Assembly (NCBI GenBank): GCA_900088475.1
Contig: FLMG01001182.1
Location: 1-39,281 of the forward strand
Reading direction: 5' to 3'
DNA length: 39,281 nucleotides
Source of the DNA: Hyphochytrium catenoides
Lineage: Eukaryota; Protista; Hyphochytriomycota
In this document: piece after piece, positions 1 through 10,800 of the stretch
Numbering within the stretch: position 1 is the stretch's first letter
Layout of the letters: the number at the start of each line of letters is the position of its first letter
Notes under the pieces: generated by a model
Databases searched by the model: none
Seen by the model: the letters and a program-made list of their open reading frames with translations, nothing else
What the model was told of the DNA's origin: nothing
Position numbers and translations under genes: made by a program

Positions 1-2364
1 GCCCTCCTCTTCTGACGGACGACGAGACAGAAGTAGGCGAAGACATTTCTCTGCTTGGTGCTGCTTAGTTAAATAATATGGTGACTGATGCCGGCGAGAC
101 GGTAGGGACTTTGACAGATCTTTGCAGTGTGGCAGTGACTCAATATTATCTCAGAGCTTCAACAGCCTCTTACGCTATCCTCTTTGCGGGGAGGAATTGA
201 CCGACGAAGAGCCGAGGTAAAACAGAGTCAAGCAGGGAACGGAAGTCATTGATAATATTCAGGTCATAGGCGAGAAGACTATCGCAGCACAGCGGAGGAC
301 CTCAGCAAGCATCACAGGCCTACAGGAGCTGGCTAAGAACCAACACGAGGGACGTATCACGGAGGGCTCTGTACTCTTGACCACCCGCGAGGCCAACGGT
401 AGGTTATTACCAGCGCCAGAAGAGGGCGATGCCTTTTATGGGCTTACCTTCTTTTCTTTACTTTGTCTCCGGTGGATCTCTCTTCTTATGTTGCTGTCAT
501 CTTGATGAGTAGAGTCCCTACAGCCAGGCAGTCTGGAAAGTTAAAGCTTAGCATCACTTCTCTCGCAGCTCACCACGAAGAATTCCCAGCAAAGCTCTGT
601 ACACTACCCCTCCTCATCTTACAAAGCCGAGAATGAGCTACGTCTCGCTACCATGCAGAGGCAGTCGTATTTCAACCTCTCTTGCCACCTTCTTGGTCTG
701 CGTGATTATCTGTGAACACGGGGACATCATGTGTGCCAAATCTGTACCCTTCCTCTCGCCAGCATGGATGTATGTATCTGGTCATATTTTCTAACTCTTC
801 CTTCACCTTTCTCCGTGCTAGGGGCACACTCTACTCTACTATGTGCTGGTTTTCCCTAGCGTCGAACGCGAGAAGAAGAGTCATCAAATCGCCGAACAAG
901 ATGATGACGCCAACAATGGCTTCCAGCTGAGCCTCCCTAGGTAAGTTTTCTCGCTAGCATCCGCACGGAGCAGCAGCGTTAGCCCTTCATAGATCCATCC
1001 ATCATCGTCTGGTAAAGGAAGAATGAACCTTTACGAAGCTCCGATGTCATCTATTATTATCTTGTTAGGAGCCTTCCTCCTACTGACGCATATCTTTGAC
1101 GCGGCATATATTAGGAACGACACAGCGAGACAGAGGCGTAAGGCGCAAGAAGAAATAAACGGATGAACTGCGGGTTCGTTTGCCAGTTGTGACGCCTGTG
1201 ATCTGATGCAGCAAAGGGCTGCCCAGCTACCTGTTCTATAATGTACAGAGGGTCTAGGCTAGCGGCAGCTGTCACCAGAAGGATAACCGATCAAGGCAAG
1301 AGAAGAAGAAAGCAAACGAGCTTCAGCTCTGCTTCCTCTTTACGACGCCGTCTGACACCGAGGTGATGGCTTGATTGCCATCCCAAGAAGTTCAATATTT
1401 CTCATCATTGATTGAGCCTTCCTTCGATGTGATGACTGACGCGAGTCGCCATCCGACCTCTTGCCTGCAATCTTATGCTCGTCTGCTGTATGGCTTCTTC
1501 GCGAAAATAGGAGAGATGCAAGCATAATGTGTTCCTTCCCTTCGACTTAGATAGGAGGTTAGTGTCAGAGGAAGGAAGGAAGCTTCGTGACAGATAGATA
1601 GATAGAGAGAGAAAGAGGGGACAAGCTGGTGAGGAGAGAGAAAGGGAGCTAGAAAGTATCCAGCTTCGTTTAATGGCGATGGACTCTAATCTTAGTACTG
1701 TTAATAGGGAGATCTATTCTTATGAGAGGAAGACTATAAAAAGCAGAAAATTTGCATCTGCGCCCTTTCGTCTGTGGCCTGCGAGGATGAATCTATGACG
1801 ATCGTAGTAGAGAGCAAACGAGGGACAGCGAGAAGAGAAAGTGTTGCTCACATCAGTGCCATGAGGATGATGGAGATAACAGAAGGAGATAGTAGAAGAC
1901 CTGCCGCCAGAGACGGGAAGATCTCAACTAACAGTTCTATTATTTAGCAGCAGCAGCTGAGACACAAGAACATTCCATCCCCCGTAACAATAGAACAACA
2001 TCCCTGGCTGGTGATCGCCACTTTGCAAGAGGCAGAGCAAAGAAGGAGATAGCAGGTAACAAACCACCAGCAGGAGAGAAGAGAAAGAAGCAGGCACGAC
2101 ACACAACTCGAGCAAGAGATTCGTAGTGGTTTCCCTGCGAAAGAGGTTATAGGACGTCGCCGGTCAGACATCCAACAAAAGCGACAGAGAACTTATGTTC
2201 TAGAACTAGAGCATATTTTTTTCTTGATGGATGACAGGAGGAAGGGAAGATGAAGATTGTACGAAGGGAGAGACACAGAGAGCGAGACGAGAAAGAAAGG
2301 GAAATGACAGAGACAGTGAGAGGGGTGAAGGAAACAAAGAGAGAGCGCTAGCTCCAAAAGAGCT

Positions 2365-2412
2365 CTAGAGAGAGAGAGAGAGAGGCACACACACAAACTG
2401 CCATAGAGACAA

Positions 2413-2444
<32 letters not shown>

Positions 2445-2454
2445 GAAGAGAGAA

Positions 2455-2485
<31 letters not shown>

Positions 2486-2530
2486 AAAAGAGAGAGAAAG
2501 AGAGAAAAAGAGAGAGAGAGAAAGAGAGAA

Positions 2531-2571
<41 letters not shown>
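2365..2571. repeat. Imperfect (GA)n microsatellite
   Basis: Directly visible; includes a repeated AAAAGACAGAGAAAGAGAGAG sub-unit. Confidence 0.95.
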
Positions 2572-2575
<4 letters not shown>

Positions 2576-2650
2576 TTAGAAGAGAATCTGTGTCGTATCT
2601 CCTGACGTGCCAGAGATTCTTCCTCTTCGGTCCACCTCAGACAGGCGGCA

Positions 2651-2864
2651 GGGAGGGTGGGCGGCCCGATTTGGACCAATTTACTCCTACCTATTATTCC
2701 TGACAGGTGGGTGGGGGGTTGACCCTTCACCAGATAAAGCGGAAAATTTCCCTGCACCGATGACTATGTAAGTCGAGCATCTAACAGCCAATCAGAATAG
2801 AGAACGAGCTCCTCAATCCAATGGGAGATCGCCAATTCGTCAAATTGAAGTAAGGTCGACCAAT
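2651..2864. promoter_or_regulatory. Putative promoter: GC box plus five co-oriented CCAAT boxes
   Basis: GGGCGG at 2659-2664. CCAAT at 2676, 2788, 2818, 2832 and 2860, all on the plus strand; the 2788 copy is AGCCAATCAG, the full NF-Y consensus. Confidence 0.55.
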
Positions 2865-3837
2865 CCGCGTCAAGGAAAGAGCTGAGAGTGACCTGATGGA
2901 GATGTAATAACTGATAAACCCACATTCTGCGGTTTACAAGGCTTTCTGGTGAGTTGGCTTGAGAAAATTCATCTCATCCTTACATCTAGTAAATGACTGT
3001 ATTTGCGTTTGCTCTTTCTCACGGAGCACGATATTGTATTCACAAGGGCCAAGGAAATAAAATCTGTACTCAGTAGGTATAATACATTTTTATCCTCGAT
3101 AGCATTCGAATATAGGGCTGTAGACTGTCTGTCCTTGACTTCTAGGAGTCCATAAGGGGTCTGGTAGAAAATACTCATAGAGGCTGGTCGTATGGGCTGT
3201 GGACGGGGAGTTACAAGCAGAGAAACACGAAACAGGACTGTCAAGCGATTTCCCTGGATGGGGAGAGCGGGCAGGTGCGTTCCTGAATAATTCCCTGAAA
3301 GCTTGACCTTCTGAGGAAACATTTCGATCCCTACTCATTATATAACACAGAAGCCATATATTTCACTAGTGAATGCCTCGGCTTGAACCGCATCAAGAGC
3401 GGTGTGTCCTCAGCCTCAGAGAAGTGCGAACCTGGCGAACTTTGGGATCTCTTTCTTCTCCACTCACCTGCTCCTTTCTCAGTTCTCTGTCTGTCGTTCT
3501 CTCTCTTTCTTTGTCTCTCTCTCTCTGTCTCTATTGCAAGAGTCAACGCCTAGTAATTACCTGCATCATCTCGTATCTCTTCTCACTCTTTCTCGTACAC
3601 ATTGCGTCTGTCATCCAATCTGTCTTGTATTCCTCGTCACTGGTTCTTAGTGTGGGTTTTGCTTTTTATGTGGCTGTTGAACTCTTTGATGTGGTTTGCT
3701 GTTACATGGCTGGCCGCGTCTCACTCTCTGGTCGTTTTCCAGCCTTTTTCTAGCCTCTTGCACCCTTGTGCGACGCCTGTAGCACACAGCCGTTCCCCTA
3801 GTCTTCTTCCGTATCTCTCCCCCTTCCATCACCCTAC

Positions 3838-3856
3838 CTCTCTCTCTCTTTTTCTC

Positions 3857-3928
<72 letters not shown>

Positions 3929-3934
3929 CTCTCT
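3838..3934. repeat. Imperfect (CT)n microsatellite
   Basis: Directly visible, about 200 bp upstream of the 88-aa ORF. Confidence 0.95.
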
Positions 3935-4139
3935 TGATGACTGTTGGATGCTTGGCAAAAGCATTTTCAAAAGAGTCATCTTCTCAGAGTTCATTTCCCC
4001 TCCCGGAGCCCAACCAACTAAACAAGCAACCAGCCATCTGCCGCGTCCCAACACTATCATCTACCGCCACAAACACTACGCAACAGCCGAACAAGCATCT
4101 GCAGATCTCCGTCTCCACGACTCTCACCTTCCAGACACA

Positions 4140-4406
4140 ATGAACTTCATCGGAGCTTCATCTCTTAGACTTGCCATCCGCGCACCAGCTGCCGCGGCAC
4201 GTGTGCACTCCAAAGCTGCAGGAGGCCAGAGCTTCCAGAAGGACCAGATGCTGGTGCGAAGACTGCAGGAAAACCTCACGAAGAAGGGCCAGAAGCCTAA
4301 GTCTTCTACCTCCACCTCCACCTCACATAACACTCAGAAGCCTGCATCTTACGAGTGGGTGGACGAGGCTCAGATGTACTTCAAGCCCATGTCAAAGCGC
4401 AACTAA
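4140..4406 (+). CDS. Hypothetical 88-aa protein with a mitochondrial-presequence-like N-terminus
   Basis: ATG in an acacaATG context after a CA-rich leader and a CT tract. Codon usage looks coding (AAG, TTC, AAC and CAG preferred). The N-terminus MNFIGASSLRLAIRAPAAAARVHS is rich in Ala, Arg and Ser and has no acidic residues. AT-richer 3'UTR-like sequence follows the stop. Confidence 0.65.
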   Translation: MNFIGASSLRLAIRAPAAAARVHSKAAGGQSFQKDQMLVRRLQENLTKKGQKPKSSTSTSTSHNTQKPASYEWVDEAQMYFKPMSKRN

Positions 4407-4852
4407 GCTAATGAAGCGCTTGCCAAGAATAACCAACCATTTCCCTTTACTTTACCTATTTATTACGCCCTGTAAGCTTGAGGGCCCTAGGGCGCTGCTG
4501 CTTGCTTTCGACCAGCAAGAGAGCAAGCTATTTAACCAATAATTAACACACCGCAACGCTTCCAAAAGACTCTAACACTGCATAAATGTAACCTTCACAC
4601 GTCTATCTCTGCCCTGGCGACAGCTTTTTCCTTGACTTCTCGGTCCTCTCCCTCGCCTAAAAGTTTCTTAGCACCTCTTCTGACCCCTGAATAAGTAACA
4701 GAAAGCTGCGAAGAGACCATTGCATACACTCCAGAAAGGCAGTTGTCGTAAGATTATTCGTTAAGAGAGATCCGTCATATCCTCTACCGCCGATGTTAAC
4801 TTTCTCTCCCTTCCAGCTCCATTTCCAGCTTCGTCTCTCTTTCTCTCCCCAC

Positions 4853-7800
4853 TTATTCCTCCTCTTCCTCATCTTCTGGGAGCGCCTCTTTGACCTGCAG
4901 ATCAAAGTCGTATTCCTGGTCGGCGCCTAAGTATGAGTCGCACATGAAATAGAGGAAGAGCTTGTGCTCTCCCTCCTCCTCTGGAGCCAGGAAGTCGAGC
5001 TTGACTTCGGATTTATGTGTGAGGTTCACTCTCTTGATGGAAAGTAGAGTGTTCTTCTGAGGATCCCCTACAACTAACCACCAGCCTTCGGGCTTATTCT
5101 GGACAGAGAGTGATATATATGAGTAAGAGAAGCAAGAGAGAGAGAGGGTAGATCGTCCAAGGAGAAGTGCACATCGCGGAAGGTTGAATCAGGAATATCT
5201 TGTCAGCACCGATAAGAGAAATGAAGAAGAGTGAGAGATAACGAGAGGAAGAGACAACAGGAGGATGCACATAGACACACACAGCCCACAGAAAGCTGAG
5301 GTAACCGGAGAGCGAGCATATGTCTAACCTCCTGGATGTCCGCCATCATATCTTCGTCCACCTCTCTCTCGAGTTTGACAGAGATGACCACTGGGCTCCC
5401 AGCGTGGACATCGTCCTCTTCCTCCACAGAAAAGTCAAGCCCAATATTGGGGTAAGAGTTGCAGAAGCGCGCTACTGCACTCAGCTTGGCTGGTGGAAGC
5501 TGCAGGAGACGGTCTCGAACGTCGTCCTCCAGAGTGAGGATGTCCAGGACACCTAAAAATTTGATTGAGATACCGACAGAAGAGGAGGTGTGAGTGAGCT
5601 CACGGCGGCCAGATAGAGTTAATAGTGAAATATTGCAAAAAATATAGGGAGTCACATCCCCCAATAACGATAGTCAAGCAAGACACAAGGTTGAGAGAAG
5701 AGAGAAAGAGAAAGCGAGCGAGCGAGAGAGAGAAAGGAGAAAGAAAAAAGGAGTAAGAAGCAATGTCAGCAGCTGTCAGTGGTGTCGGTGACGGAAGGTA
5801 AACAGATAGACGAATTTGCAGATACTCACCTTCCACCTCTTGATCCTCACAGCGTTGAACTATTTCAGAAGTAAAATGAGGGATTTGAAGGAGGTAAGAG
5901 TCCTTGTTCCATAGCCCGCGGGTCACCATCTGGGACAGCTCCATAGCTGCCAGCGCGGGCTTCAGCCAGCCAGAAGAAGAGATCACATCCACCATTCCTT
6001 GTAGGAGCCTCTTGGCATCTCTCATAACGAGCGCTAGATCTCTTCGGAGCTCAGGGGACAGGGGAAGGCGGGAAAAGTGTGCCTGAAGTAAGATGTTCAC
6101 CTTCGTGTGTGGGTCGTTGTACTTCGCAGTGGCCTCAAGTTTCTGAGCATGAAAAAAGAAAAAGAACAGTGAGAAGACACCCTTATAAGACCTTTCATTG
6201 TGCCACATCTAGAGGGAACTAGACCAGCAAGGATGGCCCACATCATCAAAGAGGGCTGATAATGAACAATATCCTCCTCATCTCTCCCTCCTTCCTTTCG
6301 TTAAACCTCCGCCATGGGGCACCATGCTTACCTGCGGTAGGTGTGCTGCCATTTTCTTGAGCTTATTCTCCTCTCTATGCCTGACGGGAATGTCCTCGTA
6401 CTCCGTTGCAGATGACAAGATCTCGATCATTCCCTTGAGCTTGGTCTTTGCAGTGAGAGACGACGCAAATAGCTCAATTGTAGTGTACTGCAGAAGAGAG
6501 GGGGCGCACAGAGGCATTAGAGTTGACATACCGCTGGATGCCACAGCTACTATATGCAGTTCAGATAGAGAGACATTCTCCCCAAGAAGTCACTAGTTAC
6601 GTCGCAAGTGTGACAGCCGACAAGGAAAAGAGGGAGAGAGAGCTATTAAGGGGAAGAGAAAGGAAATGATAGCAGAGAGGGAAAATGACCAGCCCCATCT
6701 CTGACCCTTGTGACCCACCTTGATGTAGTAGTATGAGGCAATACGGCCTAGGTTCAGTGGCTCGAGGTCCATGTCGTTTTGTACGGCCACGCACTTGGAC
6801 TCTTCCAAGTCATTGATGGTGTTCTCCACTATCTCCGAGAGGTGGTGCGACACATGCTTCTGAGATACCTCCTACAGTCCACGCCGGGAAGCAAGCAAGA
6901 GGAGAGGCAGCAGAAGAGGAGAGAAGTATGTGGGATGGACGTCGGTGAGCACAAGGACATCTTCTTTTGAAAGTTTGGACCTATCAGCCATGCGAAATAG
7001 CTACGAAAGCAAAGTGGCTCCCAGAGAGGGAGATACATAGCCAAATTGGACGAAGAGAGCTTTCTAAAGCACAATAACCAGGGATAGACAGGACGGGCTA
7101 TAGACTACATTCTTCCTCAATGAAAGGAAGTAAAAATAGAGAACAGAGAGCGAAGGAACAACCGTAGGGAAGGATAGGTATGGCATCATCAACGCACCTG
7201 CAGATTGTAGAAGTTGGGGTTCTTCCGTAGTCGTCTATAGAGAAGAGTCCAGGAGATGTAGAAAACTGCGTCCTCCTTCGTGGCGATGGTCTTGGTGACG
7301 ATCTCAGCATTGAGATGATCGTGCAGATAATGATCTAGGTGGCTTTCTACTGGAAGAGGTTCATAGAGGAACTTCTTGAAAAACTCTTTCTTTGGATTAT
7401 GACAGAGAATGACACACTTGCTGACAGCGTCCTCCATCGGCCTGTAAACGGAAGATTCAACGAGGAAGACTTAGCGCCATCCAGTCTACTCCGCCAAGGA
7501 GTTAGCAGGGAAGACACGGTCCAGGCTTGGATGATGAAGGCGGCAAGCGTGAATAGAGCATGACATGCTTCAAGCTCTCATTGGCAAACCCTTGTCCCCG
7601 CCATGTGATGCGGCGGTGAGGAAAGACAGAAAGAGAGAGAGAGAGTCCCAGTGACGAAAGACAGCATATGAGGCGGCTTGTACCTGTTGGCTCTACCCAT
7701 CATCTGCAGTACGTCCCCCACAGCGTAGTCTACATAACGATGCTCCCTTCCGTCATAGTACTGTGTGTCCATCAAGACCACCAGGGAGGCCTGTGCCTCA

Positions 7801-10800
7801 AGTGCCCAACATAGAGCAGCCGTCACCACCTAACAGCGACCAAGCAGAAAGGATCAGCCACGGCGGAATATTAGAGAACTGACGAAAGACTTGCGGCAGA
7901 AGTCCTGAATAGTGGAAGTATGTCAGGACAAAGGATAAACACAGCCAAAGAAAGCACTTACAAGGACAGAGATCGTTCCGGAAGAGAAGAGATGTTGAAC
8001 AATCGCACTGTCAGACTCAGAAAGAGTCTCGTGAAGGAAGCCGACGCCATTTGGCAGCGTAGCCTTTAGAGTGGGGTCGCGAATCCTTCCAAGGGCCTAG
8101 TAGTGAGGTAAGACATATCATTAGGTACTACTGGACAGTGCCAGGAAGCAGTCACGACATATACAGCGGAAAAGCTGGATTGGACAACAAAGGTATATCG
8201 CTATGAGGACAGAAAAGGGAAAGAGGCAGAGAGAGTAAGAGATACCCGTCACAGAGGAGAAGACAGACACTAGGGAAAGGTCAGTAGAGGTTACCTCCTG
8301 GAACTCTTCCGAATCTGGGTCGCCATGCATGAAGCGATGCTTCTTTTGCCCTTGGGTCTGGGCGAAGGTCTATCGCATAGAAAGAGAAAGGTAAAGACCT
8401 TTAGATTGGGAGAGATAGAGAGGAGAGCACAAGCCAGAGGAGACACAACTTTGGAGGAAAGATACGTTCTGAAGAGAAGGGAGGCGGAGGGGCTTAAGGC
8501 GGCGATGAAGATGAGCATGAGACGAAGTTACGAGACAGAAGAAGTAAAATAAAGGTACCTGCATATCTATAGCCGTTAACTGGGCCTGCTTCATGGATGG
8601 CACAAAAATGATGGCTGGCTTGTCGGTAGCATGACCAACGACAGCATTATAGACAGGCCTAAGGGAATAGTCATTGTAAGTTTCCAGAGCATCTTCAAGA
8701 GATAAAGAAAGACGAGCGAAGTGAAGTCGGAGAGTCAAGAAGGGCAGAGAAGCGAACCATTAGAAAAACAACATGCCCGATCCTTGATTCAAGGACATAA
8801 GTGAGTTAAGCACCTGCTCATCGCTAATAGTCTGGCTGAGAAGTTATGTATATCATAGCCAGTCACGAAGATCTCGAGCGGCAGAGGACGGACATTGGGA
8901 TGGAAACTGAAGAGACCATCGGAAGGGGTTCCTGGGCATTATTCGAGAACAGAATGAGCAGAGTGAGAAAAAGAGGTCAGCCCCATCAGAGGGAGATAGG
9001 CAGCGCAAGTGTCAAATAGGCCAACAACAGACAACCGTACGAAAGAAAGGCCTGGAGCTCTAAGGGAGGAAAGGACTCTAAGGGCGAAATGTAAAGCCGA
9101 GAGGGAATCAAATGTGCGGAGAGAAGGGGCGCGGGATTACCAATCCAGTCGCCCATATCCTTAGCATTCGCCACACAGCCGCTCAGACCAATGATTCGGA
9201 TGGGCTTGTTAAACTCCTAACGTGACAAGAAAGACGGTGAGTATATAGCAGGAGAAAGCTCTGAAGAGTCGCAAACTATGGTGAGATCTCAGGTGCGTAT
9301 AGGACACTCACGACAACATAGCCGTCGTACCTTAGCAATGTACCGCATACGGGAGACGATGATCTCAAGGGTAGCAGCCACTGCTTCTCCTCCCAGAAGC
9401 AGATGAAGCTCATCTACAATGAATAGAGAGATGTTCTGCACCGCCTTGCGTTGCTTCCAGCGCCGACTAATGGAAAACAATGGACTTAATCCCTTGTGCC
9501 TTATTTAACAACAGAAGGAGCTTTCTAGGAAAGAAGTGCTAGATCCTGGCCCTGATTGCCCAGACGCACAGGGAAAGCAGAGGATGTAACTAGAGTATCA
9601 AAGATAAGGCGACGTGGAACACCATCCGCTGGAATAAGGAGGAGCTTGAGCAGCAGGAAGTTCCCAAGTACCTTAAATTGTCCCACTGACTAGGTGTGGC
9701 GATGACAATGTCGGAGCGCTCCAACACCTTCAAGTCTGCTACGGCCTCCCCTGATAGCTCCTCCACTCTCTTGCCCAACACCTCTCCAAACTTGTTTCTC
9801 CAGTCTCTCAGCGTTTGGCGGCATATTTCTTCCTTTGGAGCAACGTAGACAGCCTTGGGTCCCGCTCCGTGACCCGATCCTTGCTTGAAAAGGCGAAGCA
9901 GAGCAAACTCTGCGCAGATAGTCTTCCCGCTACCGGTTGGCGCCGCAATCAGCACATTATCATCAGTGTCATAGAGCTTGGGGAAGACCTACACGACACA
10001 TACGCAACCTTAGGAGCTGCGAAAAGACAGGATATAATAGCTAACACTTCGATGACGGGTGCTGCTCAGTCTGCCTTTCGTTTACCTGTGTCTGGATGGC
10101 GTTAAACTGCTTGAACTTCTTTCGGTATAGTGACTCTGCAACTGTATCTTTCAAAGCCTTGACCTGTTAATGCAGTCCAAGTGAGACTTAGTAGACAGCT
10201 ATAGATTATGGCAGAGCAGCAGAAGGGATGGGGAAGATGTGAAGAACAACCGAGTAAAAGAGGTAAGCGGTAGCAGAATTGTAGGCGACAAATGGGCACA
10301 GAGAGAGACAGAGGGAGGCTCCAAGAAGGTGGAGCTGTGTAGGCGCTTACGGGCAGTGGTTGCAGATCTAGCAGCTCTGTAAATGGCGGATATCTATCTG
10401 GCAATATTAGATTCCGGAAGGACACCTGGAAAAGAGGACACGGAGGTGACAAGTTAGCCTCCAGAGCATTACTGTTTATGCACTCTTCTGTTACGCGGGG
10501 CCGGTACTCACCGGGAGAGTGGTCTCGGCGTGCAACCAACGGTCGGACACCACTCGGATATAGTACTGAGGAGGAAGAGGCTCCAAAATAGGGACGGTGA
10601 AGCTGACCACATGCTGTAGGGGAAACAAGCGCGTGCAGAGAGAGAGAGAGTAACCTAGTCAGCGAGCAGCCAAGAGACACCAGTCAAGCTAGAGATTTGC
10701 ATGAACGTTCAGCCGCAGGTAAGATAAAATGCGACCAGCGAGGACTTCGCTACCACCCTGTTTGGTGCACTGTGCAGCCCGTAAAGGCAGACAAGAGATA

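Noticed and set aside
221-504. Open frame of about 94 codons with no upstream start codon, plus a possible gene tail at 3-68
   Set aside because: No recognisable homology and no clear splice structure; cannot be supported.
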